Positions 7,830 to 16,884 of a stretch of 64,000 nt of DNA are shown here, one piece after another. Positions within the stretch are counted from its first letter, which is position 1, and each line of letters opens with the position of its first letter. The position numbers were made by a program, and so were the translations under genes. Source of the DNA: a virus. The DNA lies in the IMG/VR virus record IMGVR_UViG_3300036800_000311, positions 1-64,000 of that record, one strand, 5' to 3'. The notes beneath the pieces are model-generated. The model ran no database searches and was not told where the DNA came from. It saw only the letters and a program-made list of their open reading frames with translations.

Positions 7830-9506
7830 ATGAACTCACCATGGCGACGGATGCGAGAGGCCGGTGCCGCCGCGACCCTGCCGCAGCTGCAGCGCGGCGA
7901 GGCCGACACCAGCCCGAGCGGCGACGGAGACGAAGACGATCAGACCTGCCCGACGTGCGGCGGCGAGGCGATCGTCGACGGCGAGGTCTGCGGGACCTGC
8001 AACGGCTCCGGGTCGATCATGCGGGAGGCGGACCCGAAGACGAAGACCTGCCCGGTGTGCAAGGGTAAGGGGAAGATCGCGGGGGGCCTACCGTGCAAGG
8101 CGTGCGACGGGAAGGGCGTCGTCCCGGTCGACTGGAAGCCCGCGCCTCCGTCCGACGGCCCGCCGTGGGCGAAGGGCAAGGAGGCCGAGGCGTTCGCCGG
8201 GATGATGGCTCGGATCAACGCCCTGGAGGACGGCCTCCGGGAGACGGCGAGCCTTCGCGAGTCGAAGCCGGGCTCGATGGCGGCGGTCTACTCGAACCCG
8301 ACTCGGGTGAGGACCAGCGACGGCCGCGAGGGCTACAAGGTCGTCCTGATTCGCGAGGGGAAGGGCAACGCGGAGGACGACAACTGGTACACGTCCGGCG
8401 CGATCAAGGAGATGTGCGAGTCCGGGGTCGCGGAGGGGATGCAGGCGTACGCCAACCACCCGGACCTCGAGGAGGAGGAGAACCGGCCGGAGCGCGACGT
8501 CAAGCATCTCGTCGGCTCCTACGCGGACGTGACGTTCAAGGAGGCCGGGGGGAAGCCGCGGGCCGAGGCCGTCTTCGTGCCGCTCTCGACCGACGAGAAC
8601 CACCCCACGTACGGCTGGGTCGTCACCCTGGCCGAGGCCGCGAGTAAGAGCACCGCCCCCCAGCCGCTCTGCGGGATCAGCCTGTACGGCTTCTCCGCGG
8701 GCGACTTCGGGCAGCGACCGGATCTTTCCGAGGGACGAGTCGTGACGCTGATCCGCCCGACCTCGGGCGACGTCGTCACCAACGCAGGAGCGGGCGGCGA
8801 GTTCGTCCGACGACTCATGGAGAGCGCTCGACGCCTCCGTCGAGCAACCACAACCGAGAGGACAGAACCGATGGAGATCGGAACGTTCAAGACGCAGATG
8901 GCGGAGGCCCTCAAGACTCTCCGCGAGGCCGACACCGACGAGAAGCGGACGACCGCGATGAAGGAGGTCGAGCGGCTGGAGGGCGAGGCGAGCAAGATCG
9001 ACGCGCCCGCCGCGATGCCGAGCACGGTCGAGGCGATGACCGAGGCCGCTCCGGCGCTGGTCAAGACGCTTCGCGAGGCCGCGACGAAGAAGGTCGAGGA
9101 GGAGAAGGAGGCGCTCGCGACCCAGCTGCGCGAGGCCCAGGCCAAGCTCAGCGAGGCGGACACCTTCATCTCCGGCATCACCGACGTCCAGGGCTTGGTC
9201 AAGGCGATCCGCGAGGCGGGCGTCACCGACGAGGTCGAGGTTCGGCACTTCGTCCACCAGGCGAAGGTCCGCAAGCTCAGCGAGGCCGCGGACGTCAAGG
9301 ACATGGTCGAGGGAGAGCGCGCCTACGTCAAGGCGCAGGAGGACAAGCAGCTCAAGGCTCTCCGCGAGGCCATGAACGCCTACGATCTCCCCGAGGTCGA
9401 GGGAGCCTTCGGGCGCACGCCGGAGGGCGGAGACACCACCGGGACCGGAGGCGTGGACCTGCTCCGCGAGTCCGGCGTTCCCCTCAAGACCCCGACGGCC
9501 GCGTAG
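7830..9506 (+). CDS. Prohead protease/scaffold fusion with N-terminal CxxCxGxG zinc fingers
   Basis: GAGGAG RBS; protease-like core (AYANHP...RDVKHLVG...GISLYG...DVVTNAGAGG); helical C-terminal scaffold; two genes upstream of the capsid gene. Confidence 0.75.
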   Translation: MNSPWRRMREAGAAATLPQLQRGEADTSPSGDGDEDDQTCPTCGGEAIVDGEVCGTCNGSGSIMREADPKTKTCPVCKGKGKIAGGLPCKACDGKGVVPVDWKPAPPSDGPPWAKGKEAEAFAGMMARINALEDGLRETASLRESKPGSMAAVYSNPTRVRTSDGREGYKVVLIREGKGNAEDDNWYTSGAIKEMCESGVAEGMQAYANHPDLEEEENRPERDVKHLVGSYADVTFKEAGGKPRAEAVFVPLSTDENHPTYGWVVTLAEAASKSTAPQPLCGISLYGFSAGDFGQRPDLSEGRVVTLIRPTSGDVVTNAGAGGEFVRRLMESARRLRRATTTERTEPMEIGTFKTQMAEALKTLREADTDEKRTTAMKEVERLEGEASKIDAPAAMPSTVEAMTEAAPALVKTLREAATKKVEEEKEALATQLREAQAKLSEADTFISGITDVQGLVKAIREAGVTDEVEVRHFVHQAKVRKLSEAADVKDMVEGERAYVKAQEDKQLKALREAMNAYDLPEVEGAFGRTPEGGDTTGTGGVDLLRESGVPLKTPTAA

Positions 9507-9543
9507 AGCGCCCGCTACCTCGATCAAGAAGGAGACGACCAAC

Positions 9544-10224
9544 ATGCGTTCACAGCGCTACATGGCGCGCGAGCGGAACATCCTCGGGCGCAAGATCACG
9601 CGGACCGCGCTCAACATCGCGCGGATCGCGGGACTGCCGAGGGAGGAGCTGCTCGACCTGCTCGACCTCGGCTTCCAGCTGCCGTACCGCGGCGGCACGA
9701 CCCCGCAGAACCAGACGGGGGTCAACCCCGTCTACTTCCCGCGGGCGCTCGCCGTCACGACGGACCAGACGATCAACCAGGGCGACATGGTCTGGTGGGA
9801 CAGCGTGAACTTCACGCTCAAGCCGCTGACCAACCTCAACCAGGTCGCGGTCGGCCTCGGGACCGGCGGCTACTGCGGGATCGCGGCGGGGACGAACAAC
9901 CCGGGCGTCTACCCGAACCCTCCCGGCGGGATCCCCTCGGAGGCCCTCCCGGGCATCGAGGTCCAGATGGGCGGCGCCGTCCACATCAACACGACCGTCG
10001 GGGAGACGTACAACCCATTCCAGCCCGTGACGGTCGGGGCGGACGCCCAGACGGTCTCGGAGGGCGCGGAGACGACCGCGGACACCGTCGGCCGGATCAT
10101 CGTCCCGCCGCCGGTCACCGCTCGCTCGGGGCCGGGCGCGACGCCCGTCCCGGAGACGGTCGTCGGCGGCACCCGTCCGCTGATGTGGATCGTCCGTCAG
10201 TACCCGTCCACCCTCATCGCCTAA
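9544..10224 (+). CDS. Head decoration/cement protein (putative)
   Basis: Lies between protease and capsid genes; beta-rich 'INQGDMVWWD...CGIA'. Confidence 0.55.
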   Translation: MRSQRYMARERNILGRKITRTALNIARIAGLPREELLDLLDLGFQLPYRGGTTPQNQTGVNPVYFPRALAVTTDQTINQGDMVWWDSVNFTLKPLTNLNQVAVGLGTGGYCGIAAGTNNPGVYPNPPGGIPSEALPGIEVQMGGAVHINTTVGETYNPFQPVTVGADAQTVSEGAETTADTVGRIIVPPPVTARSGPGATPVPETVVGGTRPLMWIVRQYPSTLIA

Positions 10225-10255
10225 TCGTAGGTTCAGAAAGGAGTATGAGCACCTA

Positions 10256-11413
10256 ATGGATCTACGAGAGATTCAGAACAGGCGGATCGAGAAGATCCGC
10301 GAGTCGTCGCGGTCTCAGGTGATGACCGCGTGCGGCATCGACCCCGACCTGATCGAGTGGTTCGATCCGTCGCTGTCGGTCAAGGGCCTCCGCGAGGCGA
10401 CCTACAAGGGCAAGCGAGCGACCTTCGGGTCGAACACCATGCGGGAGGCCAGCGCCGAGTCGTCCTTCGGGGCGCTTCTGCGCGCGGGCGTGAACAACTT
10501 CATGTTCGACGCCTACCAGACCGTTCCGACGATCTACCAGGACCTCGTCCGGGTGGCCTCGTCGAACAAGTACGAGGAGCTGTACGCCCCTCTGTACAAC
10601 TCAGAGCTGCCGCAGGAGGTCTTCCCGAGCGAGCCGTTCGACGACTCGCGCATCATCGGGCTCGACGTCCATGTCCGCAACCGCAAGTTCGGCCGGATGC
10701 TCGCGTTCGAGCGCGAGCTCGTCGACGACGACATGACCGGTCAGATCACGCAGCGGGCGGCGAACCTCGGCGAGATGATGCGCTACGTCGAGGAGCTCCA
10801 GGTGATGATCGCGCTGGAGGGCGCCGTCAACCCGCAGACCGGAGGCGCGGGGTACTCGTTCTCGGCCCTCGGGAACGCGCTCCAGACCCCCGGGCAGCTG
10901 AGCCAGCCGAACCTGGAGACGGCGGACATCCAGCTCCAGAACATGGTCGACCCGCTGGGCGACTTCATGCTCGTCACGCCGGACACCGTCCTCGTGTCTC
11001 CGGCGGACAAGTTCAACATCCTGAAGCTGCTCAACTCGACGCTGCAGCCCTCGGTGCCTGGTGCCGCCGGTACCACGCTCTCGAACGCCGCGGCCGGGAC
11101 GACCGGCTTCACGATGACGATCAACCCGCTCCAGGGCGAGTACGCCGCGAAGGTCTCGCGGTTCCTCCCCGGGGCGACGTCGGCCCAGGGCGGGCCGGGA
11201 CTCAAGGGTCCGGGCCTCGACGGTGCCCACGGCTCGTGGTTCCTGATGCAGACGAAGAAGTCGATCGTCTTCCAGGACCGCGATCCCCTGGAGGTCCTCC
11301 AGGAGGCCCCGAACGCGGGCACGGCGTTCGCGTTCGACCAGTACCGCTACCGCGTCCGCCGACGCTTCGCGGTGAGGGTCATTGATCCCAGGTTTATCCT
11401 GTTAGGAAATTGA
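10256..11413 (+). CDS. Major capsid protein (HK97 fold, Mu gpT-like)
   Basis: SSFGALL...MFDAYQTVP, KFGRMLAFERELVDDD, PDTVLVSP, YRYRVRRRFAVRVIDPR; synteny. Confidence 0.85.
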   Translation: MDLREIQNRRIEKIRESSRSQVMTACGIDPDLIEWFDPSLSVKGLREATYKGKRATFGSNTMREASAESSFGALLRAGVNNFMFDAYQTVPTIYQDLVRVASSNKYEELYAPLYNSELPQEVFPSEPFDDSRIIGLDVHVRNRKFGRMLAFERELVDDDMTGQITQRAANLGEMMRYVEELQVMIALEGAVNPQTGGAGYSFSALGNALQTPGQLSQPNLETADIQLQNMVDPLGDFMLVTPDTVLVSPADKFNILKLLNSTLQPSVPGAAGTTLSNAAAGTTGFTMTINPLQGEYAAKVSRFLPGATSAQGGPGLKGPGLDGAHGSWFLMQTKKSIVFQDRDPLEVLQEAPNAGTAFAFDQYRYRVRRRFAVRVIDPRFILLGN

Positions 11414-11458
11414 ACGGGTGAACTAGGGTGACCGCAGGTTGAGCGCTACGATGACAGA

Positions 11459-12583
11459 GTGGCGTTCGCGGTCGAGTGGGCTGAAGAAGAGGAAGCATAC
11501 GAAGTAATCCTGCGTGGCGATCCGTGCTCCTACTGTGGCTCGGTCGCCACGCAGGTGGATCACATAGTCGCGCGATTTAGGGGTGGCGCGGACGACTGGG
11601 GCAATAAGACGACCAGCTGCGAGCGCTGCAATCAGAGTAAGAGCGATCACTCGCTGCTCTGGTTCCTCTATAAACGGGCGTATCCCGACCGCTTCCCTCC
11701 GCAGCCCAGGGTTGGCGTACGTATGCGCTATCCAGGCGGTTGGGACGCGCGGGTTCGAGGGCCTCGCGGCAGGGTGTTGCTGGGTGCCTTCGCAACCGCA
11801 GAGGAGGCTACGAGGGCAACGGAGGACTGGGAGCGCGCACATCCCGTACAACTCAGCGAGCGCGAGCGCGAACTTCGTGGGCGCGAGGCACGGGTCAAGC
11901 AGTTATGGAATTCCGGCGAGTCGGTCAAGGGGATCGCCGTGCTTCTGGGTATAACGCCTAGTCTGGTTAGCGGCTCGATTGACCGTCTGCGCCGATGCGG
12001 AGAAGATCTTGTCTACGCGCGCGGAGGCCCTGGTAAGCCGCGTGCGGCACGGGCTGGTATAAGTGGAGACCGACGCGGGTATTCGTATAACCAGCAAAGC
12101 GCAAGGTGGCCGTGGTTGGTCCAGGTGAGTTTCGGGTCTCGTAGGCTTCGGGTTAGGTTTGCGACCGAGGCCGAGGCGCAGGTCGCGGTAGGTGAGTTTC
12201 GCGCGCGGTGCGCCCAGGAAAGACCTAGTCCGAGGTGTCGCCTCGAGGCGCTCCGCCTACAGAAGGGGCTCACGCAAGACGAGCTAGCGAAGGCCGCTGG
12301 CATTACTGACGCTACCGTACGCGGGCTCGAAAACGGATCCGTCAAGAAGCCGCGTAGGGCGACTAGAGAAGGCCTGGCGAGGGTATTGGGCGTGGCCGAC
12401 GAGGAACTCTTCGCGGATCACGAGCCCCTCGTCGGTTCACAACCTGTGGCGCGCGTTGTGCGACCCGAGGTATGCGTAGCGCGAGACACCGAGGATGCCG
12501 ACCGTCCCTGGGTGGTTACGGGTCGCTACGCGACGGTAGGAGAAGCTCAAGCGGCCCTTGAAGTACTCCGCTCATCGCATTAG
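11459..12583 (+). CDS. Free-standing HNH endonuclease with AP2-like, HTH and XRE-HTH DNA-binding domains
   Basis: CSYCG...VDHIV...SCERCNQSK; LRLQKGLTQDELAKAAGI; lower GC than flanks. Confidence 0.85.
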   Translation: MAFAVEWAEEEEAYEVILRGDPCSYCGSVATQVDHIVARFRGGADDWGNKTTSCERCNQSKSDHSLLWFLYKRAYPDRFPPQPRVGVRMRYPGGWDARVRGPRGRVLLGAFATAEEATRATEDWERAHPVQLSERERELRGREARVKQLWNSGESVKGIAVLLGITPSLVSGSIDRLRRCGEDLVYARGGPGKPRAARAGISGDRRGYSYNQQSARWPWLVQVSFGSRRLRVRFATEAEAQVAVGEFRARCAQERPSPRCRLEALRLQKGLTQDELAKAAGITDATVRGLENGSVKKPRRATREGLARVLGVADEELFADHEPLVGSQPVARVVRPEVCVARDTEDADRPWVVTGRYATVGEAQAALEVLRSSH

Positions 12584-12604
12584 ACCTACCGGGAGGGGAG
12601 GACC

Positions 12605-13723
12605 ATGGGTTCCTACACCAACGCCGACGGCTCGCGGGTGGAGTTCACCGACTCGGACACGATCCGCGACGTCGCGGATCTCTGGGCCGTCGTCCGGGGC
12701 GAGTACAACGGGACGCCGTCGATGGAGAACGCCCAGCTCGAGGCGATGCTCTCCGACCTGGAGGCCGGGCGACCGCTCTCCGACGCGGAGTTCGGCGTCC
12801 TGCATCAGCTTCGCGGGCGGTACGCCGCAGCGCTGGAGGCGTTCCGCGCCTCGCCGGAGAACGAGGCGGAGGGCTACGTCCCCGCCCCGGACGTCGGCAG
12901 CGCGCGGGTCATGGAGTCCCTGCGGGTGATGCCGCCGAGCGCCCTGCGCAGGCTGCGGGAGGCCGAGGCGCCCTCGTCCGCGGGGGGGAACTCCGGCGCG
13001 ATGATCGCGCTCTTCCCCGAGGCGGACGTCGCGGAGAGGCTGGCCGTCCCGGGTGGCCTGCCCGCGGGTGAGCTTCACCTCACGCTCGCGTTCCTCGGGA
13101 GCGCGTCGATGATCGCCGACGCGGAGCGGCTCCGGAACGTCGTCGGGCGCTGGGCGTCCGCGACGGCGCCGCTGACGGGCGAGGTCTCCGGCGTCGGGCA
13201 GTTCACCGCGCTCGCTCAGCCGGTCACGTACGCCTCCGTCGACCTGCCGCGGCTCCCCGCCGCCCGCGAGGACCTCGTCGAGCGCCTCTCGTCCGCCGGG
13301 ATCGCCCCGAGCTCAACGCACGGCTTCTCTCCGCACATGACGCTCTCGAACGACCTCCGGAAGGTCGACGCCGAGAACGTCCCGCTGACCTTCGACCACG
13401 CGACGCTCTGCCTCGGTGACGAGCGCTGGAACTTCCCGCTCTCCGGCCTCGGCGATCGCTCGATGCGCCTGTCCGAGGTGCTGCGACTGGCCGACGCCTG
13501 CGAGCGGATGCGCGAGGACGCGCCCGTCCCGCTCGCCGTCGGCGATCACGTTCGGGACTCACTCCCGGATCTCTCCCTCGGCCGCGACGGTGTGGTGGTC
13601 GGCGGGCACGTCGAGGCTGACGGCGCGATCACGCACGACGTCGCCTACGACGACGGCGCGGTCCAACGGCGCGTCCGCGAGTATGAGTTGAGGTACATCG
13701 CGGACGGGGGACGGGACCTGTGA
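12605..13723 (+). CDS. 2H phosphoesterase domain protein (Acb1/gp57B/LigT-like)
   Basis: Two HxT motifs: ELHLTLAFLG (~13076) and HGFSPHMTL (~13334). Confidence 0.8.
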   Translation: MGSYTNADGSRVEFTDSDTIRDVADLWAVVRGEYNGTPSMENAQLEAMLSDLEAGRPLSDAEFGVLHQLRGRYAAALEAFRASPENEAEGYVPAPDVGSARVMESLRVMPPSALRRLREAEAPSSAGGNSGAMIALFPEADVAERLAVPGGLPAGELHLTLAFLGSASMIADAERLRNVVGRWASATAPLTGEVSGVGQFTALAQPVTYASVDLPRLPAAREDLVERLSSAGIAPSSTHGFSPHMTLSNDLRKVDAENVPLTFDHATLCLGDERWNFPLSGLGDRSMRLSEVLRLADACERMREDAPVPLAVGDHVRDSLPDLSLGRDGVVVGGHVEADGAITHDVAYDDGAVQRRVREYELRYIADGGRDL

Positions 13724-14124
13724 CCTACGACGTCCGCGGTGACCTCGACGAGGCGTACGAGGTCCACGCGCCGGTCCGCGTCCCGGACCTCCTGAGCCTC
13801 GCCCTGGGGGAGTCCGCCTTCGTCGCCGGGCACCGCTTCGACCTCCAGATCTACGTCTCCCCCGGCTTCGTCTCCCCCCGGCTGACCGTGACCCGCTTCT
13901 ACTGGGGCGCGACGCCGCCGACGGTGATCGACTTCCGCCGGGACGTTCGCTCCCCGGCGGAGCTGGAGGCCAAGCGCGCCTTCTTCGCGGATCGAGGGAT
14001 TCGCTACGTCCTCGCGGAGGACGAGTTCGACGAGGACGCCGTTCGCGCCGCCGTGGCGCCGCCGGAGAGCGACGCCCCCGCGCAGCGTCCGATGACCGCC
14101 CCGCGCCGCAGGCGCGATACCTAG
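13720..14124 (+). CDS. Hypothetical protein
   Basis: Coupled ORF, GC3 bias. Confidence 0.6.
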   Translation: MTYDVRGDLDEAYEVHAPVRVPDLLSLALGESAFVAGHRFDLQIYVSPGFVSPRLTVTRFYWGATPPTVIDFRRDVRSPAELEAKRAFFADRGIRYVLAEDEFDEDAVRAAVAPPESDAPAQRPMTAPRRRRDT

Positions 14125-14133
14125 GAGAACCCA

Positions 14134-15396
14134 ATGCTGATCGAGATCGGTAACCACTCGGCCAAGGGCGACGTCATCGACGACGCTCCGAAGGTCACGA
14201 CCATCCACATCCCCGAGGCCGACGACGGCTCGACGCACCCCGACGCCGTCTACGACGGTCCGCATCCTCACTCTCCCGCCGACGACGGCACCGTCGGCTC
14301 TCTCGTGACGCCCGGACCGGCGCTCGGCGGCTACACGCACGAGATCGGCGGGATCAAGGTCGCGGACCTCAAGGAGCACCTGATGGACGCGATCCTGATG
14401 CGCGACGGGACCACGAACCTACCGGGCCACGAGATCCTCCTCTCGATCCTTCATCCGTCCGAGGGCGCCTGGATGCGCCACGGCGCGGGCCTCCCGGCCT
14501 GGGTCAGGTGCCTCGATCACCACGGCCTGACCCCGGACGGTCGCTCGAAGGACATCGAGAAGTTCCTGACCTCCTACTGGGGCGCCCCGACGGCGGAGCA
14601 GTACTTCGACACGAAGGACCCGACGGAACTGGCGCTCCAGAAGGAGCTGACGCACTGGACTCGCCACGGCGCCCCGGGCCAGCTCCCCACCGGACTCTCC
14701 CTCCCGGACGCGACGGCGCTCTTCACGAACAACGGCCGGGTCATCTCCAACGTCAACGACGGCGGCGGCCAGGTCGGCGCGATCGGAGCGGGGACGGCCG
14801 CGACCTCGACGACGTTCACGACGGCGTCGACGTTCACGCTGAACCAGTGGGCCGGGTACCGGGTCGTCGTCTACTCGACGACGTCGAACAACATGGTGTG
14901 GGGGAACGTCGTCTCGAACACGTCCGGGGCGAACTCCGTCCTGACCGTCGATCGCTGGTACGTCGCGGCGACCCCGGGCGGCTCGGCGGGCACGACCCCG
15001 ACGACGCCGTGGGGCTTCATGATCCTCGACGGAGGGTTCACGTCGACGTGGTTTGTCGGCCTCGCGACGGGCGCGAACGCCCCCGTCGCGACGGACACGA
15101 CCCTCTCGACGAACGGCAACGCGGAGATCACGACGGGCGGCGGCGGCCTGATCCGGAAGATCGCCCCGTACGCGCAGACGTCCGGGGTGGCGTCCCGGGC
15201 GATCACGCTGACGCCCGTCTTCACGGCGAACGGGACGGACTCCCTCCCGGCGACGGTCACCACGATCGGAGCCCTCTGCTCGATGGTCGTCGGTACCGTC
15301 GGGACGATGAAGTTCGAGACGGCCCTGAACGCGTCCGCGACCCTCTCCGCGTCGGGCGATCAGCTGACCGTTACAGAGACGATCACGGGATCGTGA
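14134..15396 (+). CDS. Virion structural protein (Thr/Gly-rich beta C-terminal domain)
   Basis: AGGAG RBS; 'VGLAT..APVATDTTL...GDQLTVT' structural-type C-terminus. Confidence 0.55.
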   Translation: MLIEIGNHSAKGDVIDDAPKVTTIHIPEADDGSTHPDAVYDGPHPHSPADDGTVGSLVTPGPALGGYTHEIGGIKVADLKEHLMDAILMRDGTTNLPGHEILLSILHPSEGAWMRHGAGLPAWVRCLDHHGLTPDGRSKDIEKFLTSYWGAPTAEQYFDTKDPTELALQKELTHWTRHGAPGQLPTGLSLPDATALFTNNGRVISNVNDGGGQVGAIGAGTAATSTTFTTASTFTLNQWAGYRVVVYSTTSNNMVWGNVVSNTSGANSVLTVDRWYVAATPGGSAGTTPTTPWGFMILDGGFTSTWFVGLATGANAPVATDTTLSTNGNAEITTGGGGLIRKIAPYAQTSGVASRAITLTPVFTANGTDSLPATVTTIGALCSMVVGTVGTMKFETALNASATLSASGDQLTVTETITGS

Positions 15397-15399
15397 GCC

Positions 15400-16104
15400 G
15401 TGATCACCCCGGACGCGACTCTCGGGGAGGCGGACGCCAACCTGTCCACGGCTGGGGCGGCACCAACCGAGACGCTGACGACGATCAACGCGGCGGCGGC
15501 TGGGACGCGCATCATCGTCGCGGTCTCCTATTGGGCGAGCGCGACGGTGGACAACCTGTCGGGCATCACCATCGGTGGGGTAGCTGCGGTCAATGACGTG
15601 AAGAAGGCGAACGGGTCTGATCATTTCGAGGTCTGGTCGTTGATCGTTGCGGCCGGGTTGGCGTCCTCCTCGTTGATCGTCGCGTCGTTCGCTACGGCAG
15701 TATCGGCTGGTGTCGGCGGGGTCCTCCTTGGCGCGTCCTCGTGGAACGGCATCACTGGCGTCGACACGACCTCGTCGGCGACGACCACGGGGACGAACTT
15801 CGCGTCGGGCTCGGCGAGCAACGCGCTCGCGGATTCTTTGTTCTACGGCGGTGCAGGGAACGAGTGCGCGTCGACGTCTGAGCCGGGGTCGATGACGTCC
15901 GGCACGCAGCTCCACGGCGCGTGGAACGCGAGCGCGGGGCAGGGGTTCAAGACGGGCTACATCATCGCCACGTCGACCGGGTCGCGGAACGTCGCGGGGA
16001 CGTGGACGAACACGTCGACGGCCACTACCGGGGCGCTGGTCATCTACCGAGGTACCGCCGCGCCCGCTCAGTTCTCCCCGATGCGAATGCCGCTCGGGGT
16101 ATAG
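15400..16104 (+). CDS. Beta-rich structural protein
   Basis: Ser/Thr/Ala/Gly-rich; inside the structural operon. Confidence 0.5.
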   Translation: MITPDATLGEADANLSTAGAAPTETLTTINAAAAGTRIIVAVSYWASATVDNLSGITIGGVAAVNDVKKANGSDHFEVWSLIVAAGLASSSLIVASFATAVSAGVGGVLLGASSWNGITGVDTTSSATTTGTNFASGSASNALADSLFYGGAGNECASTSEPGSMTSGTQLHGAWNASAGQGFKTGYIIATSTGSRNVAGTWTNTSTATTGALVIYRGTAAPAQFSPMRMPLGV

Positions 16105-16115
16105 AGGGAGGTTCC

Positions 16116-16877
16116 ATGGGCTGGAGACGAGACAGCAGCGCCGGAGGGGCGATCTGGGACACCGAGCCGCTCGGCCGCCAGGATCTTCTCTGCCGCGACG
16201 AGGAGCTCCGCTGGCTGATGCAGAAGGGCCGCCAGCAGTGGAAGTTGATCAACGGTCGGATCGCGAGGTCCGGCGACCCGGTGGCGGGCGTTGGCGCGTA
16301 CACGACGCTAGGTGCCTACCCGCCTAACGCCAACGCACCCACGGTCGCCAACACGCAGACAGCGACTCCTGGCCTAGCGTGGTGGACGGCCAGCCTGTAC
16401 ACGCCACTGCTCGCCAACGCAGTCCTCGCGCCCTCAGCTTGGCGGATCCACGCCAGCGGCACCTATCAGCTGTCCACCACTGCGATGACGATGACGCTGC
16501 TGCCGTTCATCGGCACGGCCGCCACGGGAGCAGCGCCCACGACCCACCAGGACCTGGGGGTTTCCGGCGCCGTCACGGTCGCAACGACCGCGATCACATC
16601 CGACTGGAAGCTGGACGGAGACCTGACGATTCGCTCAACGGGAACCGGAGGCACGGCCATCTTCAAGGGCGAGATGCGGTTCGGTCTCGCCGCCGTCCCG
16701 TACGCCGTGAGCGTGGGCACCCCCAACAACGTCGCGTGCCCGTTTGGTGGGACGGTCGCGACGGTGGACTTCACCGGCGCGACGGCGAACTATCCCGGTG
16801 GCTGGGGGCTCGCGTCCTGGGGAACCTCGGGGACCGAGACGATCATTCCTCAGCAGATCCACTGGATCTCACTCTAG
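16116..16877 (+). CDS. Beta-rich structural protein
   Basis: GGGAGG RBS before ATG 16116. Confidence 0.5.
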   Translation: MGWRRDSSAGGAIWDTEPLGRQDLLCRDEELRWLMQKGRQQWKLINGRIARSGDPVAGVGAYTTLGAYPPNANAPTVANTQTATPGLAWWTASLYTPLLANAVLAPSAWRIHASGTYQLSTTAMTMTLLPFIGTAATGAAPTTHQDLGVSGAVTVATTAITSDWKLDGDLTIRSTGTGGTAIFKGEMRFGLAAVPYAVSVGTPNNVACPFGGTVATVDFTGATANYPGGWGLASWGTSGTETIIPQQIHWISL

Positions 16878-16884
16878 GCTCACG

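Noticed and set aside
8088-9545. Long antisense or alternate-frame ORFs (e.g. 8088..9545, 25117..26913, 32882..34873, 35502..37322, 17280..18626)
   Set aside because: Shadow ORFs expected from high GC3 bias; no motifs or RBS, unlike the antisense ORF in the intein
13720-14124. Possible PD-(D/E)xK nuclease fold
   Set aside because: Only a vague pattern; catalytic residues not identifiable
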